Assembly: GCA_002502095.1 (NCBI GenBank)
Contig: DAPJ01000021.1
Span: forward strand, 29,069-93,068
Reading direction: 5' to 3'
Source: Euryarchaeota archaeon UBA62
GTDB taxonomy: Archaea; Thermoplasmatota; Poseidoniia; Poseidoniales; Thalassarchaeaceae
Length of the DNA stretch: 64,000 bases
The notes under the pieces were generated by a model, which worked only from the letters and a program-made list of their open reading frames with translations, made no database searches and was not told the origin of the DNA. The position numbers and the translations under genes were made by a program. Positions 20,576 through 31,240 of this stretch are shown here, in pieces (position 1 is the first letter of the stretch; every line of letters begins with the position of its first letter).

Positions 20576-20977
20576 ATGGAAGGCACCTTCACATTCATGG
20601 GAATGTCAGTCACTAATCTTGCAAAACTATTCGGAGGAATCTTGGTAGTATGGGGAATTATAGCTTATTTTACGCAGAGCTCAGATCCTCCCTCTATCAC
20701 TGCAATGATTCCGGCATTCATGGGTCTTCCTTTACTGTCCTTGGGCCTACTAGCAGATTGGAATGAGTCCAATCTACACCACTATATGCACGCTGCCATG
20801 GTCTTCGCACTGCTAATGGTTCTCGGAGGTGCACAGGGACTTCTGGATATCGATGGAAAATCTCAGCTGGCCATCGGCTCTCATCTAATCTTAGTTGTTC
20901 TAGGAATAACTTTCATGGTCGCCGGAATAATGTCATTCAGACACGCTCGGAAACTAAGAGAATCTTCAGGTGTTTGA
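20576..20977 (+). CDS. Hypothetical 4-TM membrane protein
   Basis: Four hydrophobic helices; SITAMIPAF. Confidence 0.7.
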   Translation: MEGTFTFMGMSVTNLAKLFGGILVVWGIIAYFTQSSDPPSITAMIPAFMGLPLLSLGLLADWNESNLHHYMHAAMVFALLMVLGGAQGLLDIDGKSQLAIGSHLILVVLGITFMVAGIMSFRHARKLRESSGV

Positions 20978-21667
20978 TTGCGTCCAGTCATTGGAATAAC
21001 ATGCTTCATGCGAGACACAGTTTATGGAAACTGGAGCAGGCATGCAGCAATTCTTCCTTCAGCTTATGTTTCAGCAGTAGAGAGGGCAGGAGGAATTCCG
21101 ATGATAATCCCTCCAGCTGGGGATATGACAGTCTTGTTGGGGGCTATTGATGGCCTCATTATCTCAGGCGGCCCCGATGTTTCTCCTGAGCAGTACGGAC
21201 AAAAACCAGAGCCAATGACAGTAGAGTTTTATCCCAATCAAGACGAAACTGAGATCAGCCTAATTTCCGAAGCACTGGAAAGAGATTTGCCCTTACTGGG
21301 GGTCTGCAGGGGAATGCAGATTCTTAGTGTAGCTCATGGCGGGTCTCTTCATCAGCATCTGGATAATACGCCCGGCCATGAGGGTCACGGAGGCTATGAT
21401 GGGATCTCGACAGAACATTCCGTAATCGTCGAAGAGAACTCCCTACTTTGCAGTTTGATGGGTACGTCCTTCTCAGTTAACTCAACACATCACCAAGGGG
21501 TATCGGATCCCGGATCACTCTCAATATCAGCAATAGCTGGGCACGATGGTTTGATTGAAGCAGTCGAGAGAAGGGATAAGAAATTCTGCTTAGGCGTTCA
21601 ATGGCATCCCGAGCGTTATGGGCATGACTTACTCTTCGCCGCACTCGTAGAAGCTGCGAGAAGTTGA
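20978..21667 (+). CDS. Gamma-glutamyl-gamma-aminobutyrate hydrolase family (peptidase C26)
   Basis: RPVIGIT, SGGPDV, GVCRGMQ, VNSTHHQ, VQWHPE. Confidence 0.9.
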   Translation: MRPVIGITCFMRDTVYGNWSRHAAILPSAYVSAVERAGGIPMIIPPAGDMTVLLGAIDGLIISGGPDVSPEQYGQKPEPMTVEFYPNQDETEISLISEALERDLPLLGVCRGMQILSVAHGGSLHQHLDNTPGHEGHGGYDGISTEHSVIVEENSLLCSLMGTSFSVNSTHHQGVSDPGSLSISAIAGHDGLIEAVERRDKKFCLGVQWHPERYGHDLLFAALVEAARS

Positions 21668-23136
21668 TGATGGCAACCCCTCTAGAAGGCACTATGACGC
21701 TCAGGGTTTACGACACGCGATCGCGTTCAAAGCGTGTTTTCAAGCCCCTGGTTGAGGGCCAAGTAGGAATATATGCATGTGGCATAACCCCCTATTCCCC
21801 TAGCCACATAGGGCATGCTAGACAGGCCATAGCATTCGATATAATTGTCAGATGGCTCCGAAAGAGTGGATTCAAAGTCAATTACATCTCAAATTTCACA
21901 GATATCGATGACAAGATAATCTCTGTTTCTCTTGAGGAGGGCGTTAACTTTCTTGAAGTGGCTAACAGGAATATAGATGATTATTTCACCGTAATGGATG
22001 CTCTCAATGTGTTAAGGGCTGACGCATATCCTAGAGTTACTGAAACCATTCCAGAAATAATTGAGATGATTCAAGATTTGATTGATAAGAAACACGCTTA
22101 TGAGGCAGAGGATGGCGTTTATTTCGAGATAGACACAGCTCCGGAAAAATACGGCCAGCTAACCGGACAGACATTGGACATGGTTAGGAAAGGAGCCGGG
22201 GGCAGGGTCGACAATACTGGTTCAGGAAAGAGGGATCATAGAGACTTCGCACTTTGGAAATTAGCTAAGGAAGGAGAGCCCAATTGGGAGAGTCCGTGGG
22301 GAAATGGAAGACCAGGATGGCATATTGAATGTTCAGCAATGTCACTTAAGCACCTAGGGGAGAAATTCGATATCCATGGAGGGGGTTCAGATCTGGTATT
22401 CCCTCATCACGAGGCAGAGATTTTCCAGTCTGAATGTTGTCTGGGTCATGATCCAGTAGTCCAGTATTGGCTACATAATGGAATGATAAATATCGATGGA
22501 GAGAAGATGAGTAAATCTGTTGGTAATTTCTGGACAGTCAGTGACGCATTAGAGAAAATCGAACCTCTTGTACTCAGATATGCTCTGATTAATGCGCCAT
22601 ACAGACAGCCTGTAGATTTCAATTCCGTCATGATCGATGACTCAATCTCTCATCATGGTAGGTTGCTAAGCTCATATTCGGAAGCCCTATACTACTCTGA
22701 AGGAATCAGGAATGACTACTCAGGAATTGAACATCTCGACGAAGCCACTCGTAGAATCAGGGCCGGTATGGATGACGACTTCAATACCCGTATTGCTCTG
22801 GTAGAGATTCAGTCTGTAGTGAAATCACTTACATCGTTAATTGACTCAGACGAGAACGATACTCATCTGATGTCAGCCTATGTGCAGTGGCTAGAGGAAT
22901 TTGCGGGAGAAGTTCTGGGAATTCTGCCAACTCCAAGTGTAGCGATTTCTCTACATGAGGAAAAAATCTCGAGGAGATCCGAAATATCATCAAAAGTAGA
23001 ATCATTACTAGAGATGAGGGAATCTGCGAGGGCTTCAAAAAATTGGCCAGAGTCAGATAGGATAAGGGATGAGCTTACTGAAATGGGAGTAGTAGTTGAG
23101 GATAGCCCAGATGGCACAAAATGGAGAATAAGCTAG
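21664..23136 (+). CDS. cysS: Cysteine--tRNA ligase
   Basis: CGITPY...HIGH, GRPGWHIECSAM, KMSKS. Confidence 0.97.
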   Translation: MMMATPLEGTMTLRVYDTRSRSKRVFKPLVEGQVGIYACGITPYSPSHIGHARQAIAFDIIVRWLRKSGFKVNYISNFTDIDDKIISVSLEEGVNFLEVANRNIDDYFTVMDALNVLRADAYPRVTETIPEIIEMIQDLIDKKHAYEAEDGVYFEIDTAPEKYGQLTGQTLDMVRKGAGGRVDNTGSGKRDHRDFALWKLAKEGEPNWESPWGNGRPGWHIECSAMSLKHLGEKFDIHGGGSDLVFPHHEAEIFQSECCLGHDPVVQYWLHNGMINIDGEKMSKSVGNFWTVSDALEKIEPLVLRYALINAPYRQPVDFNSVMIDDSISHHGRLLSSYSEALYYSEGIRNDYSGIEHLDEATRRIRAGMDDDFNTRIALVEIQSVVKSLTSLIDSDENDTHLMSAYVQWLEEFAGEVLGILPTPSVAISLHEEKISRRSEISSKVESLLEMRESARASKNWPESDRIRDELTEMGVVVEDSPDGTKWRIS

Positions 23137-23151
23137 TATAATTCTACCAAC

Positions 23152-25683
23152 TCATTCATCTTCTCGTATCAGTGACCCGAACACCGTCTTTCTGAAGAGG
23201 GCCACAAAAGAGACTAGAAGGACTATTCCCACTATGACACTCGGAGTGAAAAATCCATCACTACTTCCCTGGTCTTCCCCCAGCAAAGGATCTTCGGTAC
23301 CGGTGTTCTGTACGTACTCCACATTGTGTCTGCAACTAACTTCCTCGGGATAGACTCCAGCATCGGTACATATCCTTCCAGGTACTGTGAACGCTTCAGA
23401 TACGTCTAGCATACAGAAAGAGGACTCCCCTGAAATGATGCACTCCTCCGTTTCTTCCATTACGATAAGTATCGAGCCACAGAGAACCTGCTCTCCATCC
23501 CTATCTGTTAGCGATGGATGTTCTGAGAGGCACTCCTCCAGATGGACCCCCTCTTCCAGAGAAGTCGGATGAGCTATGTATCCCCCTCTTGGTCCAAAGC
23601 TATTGAAGAAGTCTGGCAGCACTGGACGAGGTACTATTGGTTCTCCCCCTCCCTGCGAAATATTCGTAGCAATAGGGTCCGCTCCGCCAACAGTCCCTCC
23701 AATCCTGTGGCCGTCTTCATCTAATTCAACGTCATAGAATTCTGTCCACAAATCGATGCTCCTTCCATTCTGGAACGAAGGAGTCCTATTCAGGACATCG
23801 AAATAACGGTCATCGCCCATGGTGAATAGATATTCAATGGGAACGTCCTTTCCCTCGTTACACCCGCTAAGATATTCCATCATTTCTGAGAAGGTCTGCT
23901 GAGCCTCGGGAACTCCATCATAGGTAATATCAACAGCCTTTCTAAATCCATCTCCCTGTATTATTTCGACTTCATCATCCAATGCCTGCATGATATCCAC
24001 ATCGCCGAACACTGGCAGGCCCCCCACGACTACCAATCTAACATCGGGATCGATCGCTTCAATCACGTTCCTGTATGGGTCGGCTTCAAATGTATCCAAG
24101 ACAACTAAGTCCGCGGCAAGGCCACTCTGGATTCTACCAGTGTGATCAGACCATCCAATAGCATCAACTACATTGGTAGTAATCGTCTGAACCAACTCAT
24201 AATCGGAGAAAATATCTCCAAGAACATTCCTGTCCCACCAATCAGCAATCTTCAGTTCGTGCATAGAGCTCTTAGATCCTGACGGGCTCCAGTCAGGTCC
24301 AATCATGATATTCACTCCCTCTGATTTGGCAGTGTAGATATCAGTCGTCTCCCCATATAGTAGGAGATTCGAGGTCGGTGACCAAGCGAGACTACCTCCT
24401 ATATCGCCCAGAGCAGAGAACTCAGGTTGGGTCAGTCCCGTTCCGTGGATGATGACTATCTCCTCCACGAGCAAGTCATTCTGGACCAAGACATCAAACT
24501 CCGATCTACTGGACTCATCGATGCCCTCCGCCAAATGTATGAACCATGCATCCAGATTGCCATTTGAGTTGCCTTGCTTGATGTGATTGCCTTCATAGTC
24601 AGACTCAATTTCTGTCACCTTGGTATGGATTTGGTCCTTTCCGAAGTTGTAGTACTCAATATTCCTAGCTAGCATTGTTTGGAAAGTATCCTTGTTTGAG
24701 GTTGAGCTTCCTTGAATAGCAGTATTCCCACCTGCAATAGCCCTCAATTCTGCGAATCTCATAGTTGATGAATCAGATGTAGAGCAGCCCACATCCTTGG
24801 CATCACGATATGCATCATCAGCCTGCCACTGATACCTATTCTGCCAACCACTAGTCCCGTGGTCCCATAGTGGGATAATGTTGTAATGAGCGTGGTTATG
24901 AGGGTCTATGAATCCTGGATAAATCGTACCACTAGTAGGTATTGAAACTACTCCCTCGGCTGAACTTGGAGTTGGTTCCGACGAACTCCAAACCTCCTCG
25001 ATGACCCCATCTCGTATGAGTATCCTGCCATCATCGATAACATCAGTCTGGGATTCCATAGTTACTACTCTGCCTTCCAAGATATACTCTCCTCTGTGGA
25101 TATGATCCTCTGGTGGGTAGCAGTTCCCCATCAGATGGTTAACGCCGACCCATTCTTGATCGTTAGCTCCTCCTGGAGTAGGGGTTGAATCGGATAGCTT
25201 TGCCCAACCTCCATCGCTCCCATAGCCATATGGGGTCCCAAAGTCAGAGTCTTCCGAAGGATAGCTTACAGAGTCTATCTCCAAACCCTCGCCATTGCTA
25301 ATTGTGACCGTATCCCCCTCCCAGTAGTCAAACTCAATATTGGTCTGTGCCCTATAGAATACAACATAGGCACCAGGCTCAATGATAGTCCCCCAAGCTA
25401 TACTGCACATTGGCGAACCGCCGTTCTCCAAGTCATCTATCCACCATCCCCCTATATCTATAGCAGAATCAGTAGGGTTGTGCAATTCTAGGAACTGGTT
25501 AGAGAACCTTCCAATTTCTCCATCTCCATTCCAATCTATCCCTCCATACTCCTCGCTATTTGGAGATACGTATATCTCGTTGATAATGACCGAATCCCCC
25601 ACTCCCTGCGCTGAAGTAGTGGTAATCGGCGATGATACGACTAGAATCAACAAGGCAGTCACGACAAGTGACCCGGCGCGCAT
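23152..25683 (-). CDS. Secreted, C-terminally anchored lamin-tail-domain + amidohydrolase (deaminase-like) protein
   Basis: Signal peptide; VIINEI...FLELHN...TPGGAN (LTD-like); PGFIDPHNH, HLAEG, IHG, GPDW, GLAADLVV; C-terminal TM. Confidence 0.82.
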   Translation of the reverse strand: MRAGSLVVTALLILVVSSPITTTSAQGVGDSVIINEIYVSPNSEEYGGIDWNGDGEIGRFSNQFLELHNPTDSAIDIGGWWIDDLENGGSPMCSIAWGTIIEPGAYVVFYRAQTNIEFDYWEGDTVTISNGEGLEIDSVSYPSEDSDFGTPYGYGSDGGWAKLSDSTPTPGGANDQEWVGVNHLMGNCYPPEDHIHRGEYILEGRVVTMESQTDVIDDGRILIRDGVIEEVWSSSEPTPSSAEGVVSIPTSGTIYPGFIDPHNHAHYNIIPLWDHGTSGWQNRYQWQADDAYRDAKDVGCSTSDSSTMRFAELRAIAGGNTAIQGSSTSNKDTFQTMLARNIEYYNFGKDQIHTKVTEIESDYEGNHIKQGNSNGNLDAWFIHLAEGIDESSRSEFDVLVQNDLLVEEIVIIHGTGLTQPEFSALGDIGGSLAWSPTSNLLLYGETTDIYTAKSEGVNIMIGPDWSPSGSKSSMHELKIADWWDRNVLGDIFSDYELVQTITTNVVDAIGWSDHTGRIQSGLAADLVVLDTFEADPYRNVIEAIDPDVRLVVVGGLPVFGDVDIMQALDDEVEIIQGDGFRKAVDITYDGVPEAQQTFSEMMEYLSGCNEGKDVPIEYLFTMGDDRYFDVLNRTPSFQNGRSIDLWTEFYDVELDEDGHRIGGTVGGADPIATNISQGGGEPIVPRPVLPDFFNSFGPRGGYIAHPTSLEEGVHLEECLSEHPSLTDRDGEQVLCGSILIVMEETEECIISGESSFCMLDVSEAFTVPGRICTDAGVYPEEVSCRHNVEYVQNTGTEDPLLGEDQGSSDGFFTPSVIVGIVLLVSFVALFRKTVFGSLIREDE

Positions 25684-25772
25684 GATATGCCGATGGAACG
25701 ATATGACTTCAACCCAACTATACAGGAGCATTGAGGGCGAAGTGCGAAATAGCACTATTTCTGCCCAGCTTC

Positions 25773-27248
25773 ATGTCTGGCATTAGGGCAACCTGTGTCG
25801 CACTCGTTACAATCATGTTCTCCTCCGTTTCCCTGTCTGGATGTATACATGATGCAATTATTGAGAATCTGAGTGTCCCCTATCCAGAATGGTATGGAGA
25901 AATGGAATTTATCGATGATCCAATGAGTCACACAGACTCCTGTTTCAGTACTCCATGTGTGAGAAATTTCACAATAGGAGAGCCATTCTCAGATGAAATC
26001 TGGGACGAGACTGGCAACAAATGGGCTGTTTTTGGGAATGTCGAGGGAGGCAATTGCTGTGAGCACTACCTCGCCGCTACCAAGGAGGGTTGGATAATGA
26101 ATTTTGGAGGTGAGTACCCTACTTGGTCCGAAGATAGGGGGCATACATGGCAGGAGTATCAACCCTCAATATTCTCTCAGCTGGGGTGCATGGAGCCCAA
26201 GCCAACAGTACCTGGACAGGAGGGGCTGGGAGAGGGAAGTATAGTTCAGGCGACCAATGGGGATATTATTTCCATGGGGTGGTTCCCATATCCGAGTGCG
26301 AGTGGCGCCGATCAATTCTATGCGTTCTTCTATGACGCCGAAGACGAAGAGTGGAGTTGGTGTTTCAACAGAACTCCAGAGCCTTTCTATGATCGTTCAT
26401 GGCAAGTCGAGGTAATAGGCCCGATTAACGGCGGACTCTACGGCAATGGGCCATGGGCCAGTCTTGTAATTTCCAACTTCTGGCATCAAGTACAGAATGT
26501 AGGAGGTCAGATTTCCACTGATGGACTAAATTACGAATACTTCGGATTCCCAGATAGAGATACTGATTTGGATATAATGGAAGTAGACCTGGATCCTTCT
26601 GAACTGGGCACTGAGTGGGATTTCACTAAGCCCCATAAAGAGATGAGGGCTTTCCCGGTTCCCTCAGGAGGCCTGTACTTCCCAGACTACTTCATTGATG
26701 GCAGGGATGCGTTTCTCGATACCTCGCTCAATTGGTGGACAGGGGTTACTTTAGCTGGGAATTCTCTACCCTCTCAGTATTGTGCATTTGACTCATCAAC
26801 AGCTCTACATTGCGTCACTACGAGTAATTCTAACCTCACCCATATGCTCTCTTGGGATGGGGGGGAGACATGGGAGAACCAATCCTATGACCTCTCAATA
26901 GAGGCCACAGGATTGGAAGAGTGGGAATTTCACTCCAATGGAATGCACGACTTATTCGTTCTGAATGTGAGGTATCAGAGCTCCTCCGGGCCCGATGTCG
27001 ATATAGCTTGGCATGTTAGGGACTTCTCGGAGAGTATGGTTCCAGACTCAAGGACCTATATCGGGCAAGGCGATCTTGACTCGACATCAGGAGCAGGAAA
27101 TGATATCAGATTTGACTTCGCTAGCATGGGGATCCTTCCAGATGGTGGCTCATTCATAGCGTATCAGGATTCTACCGACCCTGATCCATTATTCTCTGTG
27201 GAGTTATTACTGCCATCAGGATACATAGCAAAATCTCAAACATTCTAG
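25773..27248 (+). CDS. Hypothetical lipoprotein with Asp-box (BNR) motifs, probable beta-propeller
   Basis: Lipobox-like SLSGC; Asp-boxes SEDRGHTW, STDGLNY, SWDGGETW. Confidence 0.68.
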   Translation: MSGIRATCVALVTIMFSSVSLSGCIHDAIIENLSVPYPEWYGEMEFIDDPMSHTDSCFSTPCVRNFTIGEPFSDEIWDETGNKWAVFGNVEGGNCCEHYLAATKEGWIMNFGGEYPTWSEDRGHTWQEYQPSIFSQLGCMEPKPTVPGQEGLGEGSIVQATNGDIISMGWFPYPSASGADQFYAFFYDAEDEEWSWCFNRTPEPFYDRSWQVEVIGPINGGLYGNGPWASLVISNFWHQVQNVGGQISTDGLNYEYFGFPDRDTDLDIMEVDLDPSELGTEWDFTKPHKEMRAFPVPSGGLYFPDYFIDGRDAFLDTSLNWWTGVTLAGNSLPSQYCAFDSSTALHCVTTSNSNLTHMLSWDGGETWENQSYDLSIEATGLEEWEFHSNGMHDLFVLNVRYQSSSGPDVDIAWHVRDFSESMVPDSRTYIGQGDLDSTSGAGNDIRFDFASMGILPDGGSFIAYQDSTDPDPLFSVELLLPSGYIAKSQTF

Positions 27249-27294
27249 AGGAAGAAGCAAGATTTCAACCGACTGATATAGACATAGACTAGTA

Positions 27295-30200
27295 TCAAGT
27301 CTTCTCGATATGGACCGATATCTTCACTCCATCTACTTCGAATTCTATGGAGTTATCATTAGCCACTCCCTCGTTCAGATATGCTTTCTCTGAGCGAGTC
27401 TCAGATACTACTCGCTCCCAGTCTCGATTGGATAATTTACCGTCTTCGATCCAAACGCTAAGATTTATGGTCGCCTCAATTTCTAGGTCCAAATCCTTCC
27501 TTTTAGCCTGAATTCTCCTAATTATATCTCTGGAAAGGCCTTTGGAAAGGAGATCTTCATCAACTTCCATATCCAAGACTAGGGAGACATCCCCATAATC
27601 CCCGGAGAGCGTCTCGGCGGCAAAACCTTCCCTTTCAACTCTCTTTATGTCAATATCACTGTCATTTATTTCATATCCTCCGACAGCAGCAATTCCAGCC
27701 TCAATCTCAAGTAGTAATGACTCAGGATCAATCATTTGTAACTCAGAGAGAACATTCGGGAGGTCAGCTCTACACTTAGCTCCAAGAGCCTTCCTATTAG
27801 GCACGATTTCGATCTTCTGGAAAGTATCCAAGTCGTCTATGACGCTGATTTCCTCAACATTAAGCTCCTCCGAGAGAATTTCATGGAAGCTCGAGAGGTC
27901 AGGACCGCCAACTATCCATCCAGACCTACATGGAAGCCTCTGCCTCCTCCCAGCATCTACCCTTACTCTCCTGCCCGCTTCAGCAATTGACCTAACCAAT
28001 TCCATTTCCATTTCTACCAAGGGATCAACGGGAGGAAGGGTACTCTCGACAATATCAGAACCAACAGGCCAATCCGCCAAGTGAACAGACGATCCAGTCA
28101 GTCCTCTATGTATTGCGTCAGATACGAAAGGAGAGACAGGAGCCATAAGCCTACAAACTATCAGGAGAACTTCATGGAGTGTGTTCTGACAAGAATGCTT
28201 ATCCGTACTATCCACTTCATTCCATAGCCTCCTTCGTGACCTTCTAACATACCAGTTTGAAAGATCATTAACTACGAATGCCTCGAGATCCCTTCCAGCT
28301 TTATGAAAGTCCCATCGAACGAATTTATCATGATATTCCTGTGCCATCGATGAAGCCTTCGATAAAATCCATCTGTCAAGATGGCTTCTCTCTTCTAGTG
28401 GGACAAATGTATCTCCATTACCAGGGTCAAATCCATCGAGTGAGGCGTAATCGGCATGGAACTTGTATACATTCCACAATGTCAAAAACATCTTCGCGTA
28501 AGACTCCCTCACTCCATTCGGATCGAAGTTCGTAGGCGACCAAGGGGCACTCTGAGTTGTCATATACCATCTGATTGAATCAGCACCTTCCTTGTTGAAG
28601 TGGTCCCAGGGGTTCACGACATTTCCCTTCGACTTACTCATCTTCTTCCCGTCCTTATCGAGAATATGGCCAAGAGATAGGCATCTACGGTAGGAGATAC
28701 TATCGAAAACTGTAGTGGAAACCGCCATCAAAGAATAGAACCAACCTCTGGTCTGATCTACTGCTTCACAGATGTAATCGACTGGGAACGAGCCATCGAA
28801 CTTATCCTCATTTTCGAAGGGGTAGTGCCATTGAGCGAATGACGCACAACCAGAGTCAAACCAGCAATCCATTACATAGGGTTCCCTAATCATCTCGCCA
28901 TCGCATTCCACTTGCGGGCAAGAGAGGGTAATCTCGTCTACATACGGCCTGTGTAGTTCTGGTGGCATTTCCGAGGATTCAGTCTTCATTTCCGAGAGCT
29001 CTTCTATACTTCCAACACAATGTTCGCTCCCGCATTCCTTGCAAATCCATACTGGCAGAGGGGTGCCCCAGTATCTTTCCCTGCTGATTGCCCAGTCCTT
29101 GATATTGGATAGCCATTCCCCCATTCTCTTGGATCCAGTCCACTCAGGTGCCCATTCTACTTCTGAGTTGTACTGAAGTATCTTTTCTTTCACTGCAGTC
29201 ATTCTAACGAACCAGCTGTCCATTGCATAGTACAGTAACGGATGGTCGGTCCTCCAACAGTGAGGATAATCGTGAGTATACGAGTGCTCTCTGTAAAGGA
29301 GCCCTTCCTTCTCCAGTAGATCAATGATAATATCATCGCACTCTTTAACATACTTGCCATCAATATCATTGTGGGTTCCTTGGATAAATTTGCCGTCCAT
29401 CCCCACGGTATGTTGCGCTGGAAATCCGACTTCCATGCCAAGACTGTAGTCGTCCTCACCATACATAACCGCAGTATGCACAACCCCGGTTCCATCAGTA
29501 GTGGTGACAAAGTCCGCCCCTACTATGGTCCATGCAGATGGATGCCCCTCTCCCTCAATGGCCCCGGGGAAAAGTGGCTTGTATGATTTTCCAATTATTT
29601 CTGAACCGGGAAACTCGTCTAATACCTCCATGTGGTTTCTCAATACATTACCAATCAGGTCCTTGGCCAGTATCAACTCTTCACCAACCTCTGCTCCTCC
29701 TCTGCCTTCCCAAGAATCAGACGGGCCAGAGGTTATCTTTACTCTGCAGTAGGTTAGATCCGGACCAACTGCAAGACCTACATTGCCCGGAAGTGTCCAA
29801 GGAGTAGTAGTCCAAGCCAACACAGAAGCTTCATCCTCCAGAAGCTTGAATTTCACGAATACTGCAGGCTCGGTAACCTCTTTGTAACCTAGTGAAACCT
29901 CGTGGCTAGAGTAGCTAGTTCCGGTTTGAGGGCAATATGGTAGAACCTTATGGCCTCTAAATAGAAGGCCCTTATCGAACATCTGCTTCAATGACCACCA
30001 TGCCGACTCTATGTATTGGTCATGCAGAGTTACATAGGGGTCGTCAAGATCGACCCAGAACCCCATCCTCTCTGTCATTTCTCTCCAGGTCTCTTCGTAA
30101 GTCCACACGCTCTCCTTACATTTCTCGTTGAATTCTTTCATGCCATAGGCTTCAATCTCTTCGTTGGACATTAGGTTTAGTTGCTTCTGCACCTCAATCT

Positions 30201-30483
30201 CTACCGGTAGACCGTGAGTGTCCCATCCTGCCTTTCTTTCAACCACATGCCCTTGCATTGTCTTCCATCTGCATACCATATCTTTGAACAGCCTCGAAAT
30301 TACATGATGGATTCCCGGTTTCCCATTGGCAGTGGGTGGCCCTTCAAGAAATGTGAAAGCGGATCCATGCCCTCTCCTTGACTCAATGGATTTGGCAAAA
30401 GTCCCCTCCACTCTCCAAGTATCCATCAAGGAGCTCTCCAGGGCAACTGGATCAAACTCACCCGCAGGCTCGGGCACTACCAT
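27295..30483 (-). CDS. ileS: Isoleucine--tRNA ligase
   Basis: EGPPTANG, GWDTHGLP, WTTTPWT, KMSKS; start at MVVPEP. Confidence 0.97.
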   Translation of the reverse strand: MVVPEPAGEFDPVALESSLMDTWRVEGTFAKSIESRRGHGSAFTFLEGPPTANGKPGIHHVISRLFKDMVCRWKTMQGHVVERKAGWDTHGLPVEIEVQKQLNLMSNEEIEAYGMKEFNEKCKESVWTYEETWREMTERMGFWVDLDDPYVTLHDQYIESAWWSLKQMFDKGLLFRGHKVLPYCPQTGTSYSSHEVSLGYKEVTEPAVFVKFKLLEDEASVLAWTTTPWTLPGNVGLAVGPDLTYCRVKITSGPSDSWEGRGGAEVGEELILAKDLIGNVLRNHMEVLDEFPGSEIIGKSYKPLFPGAIEGEGHPSAWTIVGADFVTTTDGTGVVHTAVMYGEDDYSLGMEVGFPAQHTVGMDGKFIQGTHNDIDGKYVKECDDIIIDLLEKEGLLYREHSYTHDYPHCWRTDHPLLYYAMDSWFVRMTAVKEKILQYNSEVEWAPEWTGSKRMGEWLSNIKDWAISRERYWGTPLPVWICKECGSEHCVGSIEELSEMKTESSEMPPELHRPYVDEITLSCPQVECDGEMIREPYVMDCWFDSGCASFAQWHYPFENEDKFDGSFPVDYICEAVDQTRGWFYSLMAVSTTVFDSISYRRCLSLGHILDKDGKKMSKSKGNVVNPWDHFNKEGADSIRWYMTTQSAPWSPTNFDPNGVRESYAKMFLTLWNVYKFHADYASLDGFDPGNGDTFVPLEERSHLDRWILSKASSMAQEYHDKFVRWDFHKAGRDLEAFVVNDLSNWYVRRSRRRLWNEVDSTDKHSCQNTLHEVLLIVCRLMAPVSPFVSDAIHRGLTGSSVHLADWPVGSDIVESTLPPVDPLVEMEMELVRSIAEAGRRVRVDAGRRQRLPCRSGWIVGGPDLSSFHEILSEELNVEEISVIDDLDTFQKIEIVPNRKALGAKCRADLPNVLSELQMIDPESLLLEIEAGIAAVGGYEINDSDIDIKRVEREGFAAETLSGDYGDVSLVLDMEVDEDLLSKGLSRDIIRRIQAKRKDLDLEIEATINLSVWIEDGKLSNRDWERVVSETRSEKAYLNEGVANDNSIEFEVDGVKISVHIEKT

Positions 30484-30582
30484 GACATCGCGAGCAAAGG
30501 CATCGTATTGAATATGACTCGTTATCAGATTCGGACATATCTCACTAGTAGAGTTCAATAATGTCTTCGCCAACGCCGTGAT

Positions 30583-31230
30583 ATGACAGAGACGCTGACA
30601 GTCAATGTCGGAGGCATGACCTGTGACGGTTGTTCGTCAAATGTGTCTTCAGCTCTAAATTCACTAGCTTCAGTTTCATCTGCAGATGTATCTCATGTAA
30701 CCGGGACTGCTGTCATCACTCACTCGGGAGCTACCTTCGAGGAGATAAAACTCGCAATTCAGAAGTCCGGATATCTTGTAGACGGAGAGTCAGAACCATT
30801 CAACTGGACAGACGGTCCTGTGTGGAGGCAGTCTGCCCATAACACGAAATGGTGTTTGGTCGGTTGCAGTATCGGAGACTTCGGAACCATCGCCGCATTC
30901 CAATTTATTCCTTATTTTAATGATCTTGGTTGGTCTACAATGTCGATTATGCTACTTGCGATGTTCAATGGAATAATGACCTCTATCGCTCTTGAGACAT
31001 TCATCCTATCTGCACAGATGGCATTGAACGAAGCTTTCAGAGTCGCTATTGGAATGTCTCTAATTTCGATGATTTCAATGGAAGCGGCTATGAATATTGT
31101 TGATGTCGTTCTGACTGGAGGGGCCAAGCTGACTTTATGGGTCATAATTCCGATGTTGGTCGCAGGATTCCTGACGCCATGGCCCTACAACTACTGGAGA
31201 CTCAAGAAGTACGGAGTAGCTTGCCATTAG
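30583..31230 (+). CDS. Heavy-metal-associated (HMA) domain fused to a DUF4396-like membrane domain
   Basis: GMTCDGC; CLVGCSIGD; Met-rich TMs; PYNYW...ACH. Confidence 0.82.
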   Translation: MTETLTVNVGGMTCDGCSSNVSSALNSLASVSSADVSHVTGTAVITHSGATFEEIKLAIQKSGYLVDGESEPFNWTDGPVWRQSAHNTKWCLVGCSIGDFGTIAAFQFIPYFNDLGWSTMSIMLLAMFNGIMTSIALETFILSAQMALNEAFRVAIGMSLISMISMEAAMNIVDVVLTGGAKLTLWVIIPMLVAGFLTPWPYNYWRLKKYGVACH

Positions 31231-31240
31231 GTGATGTATC

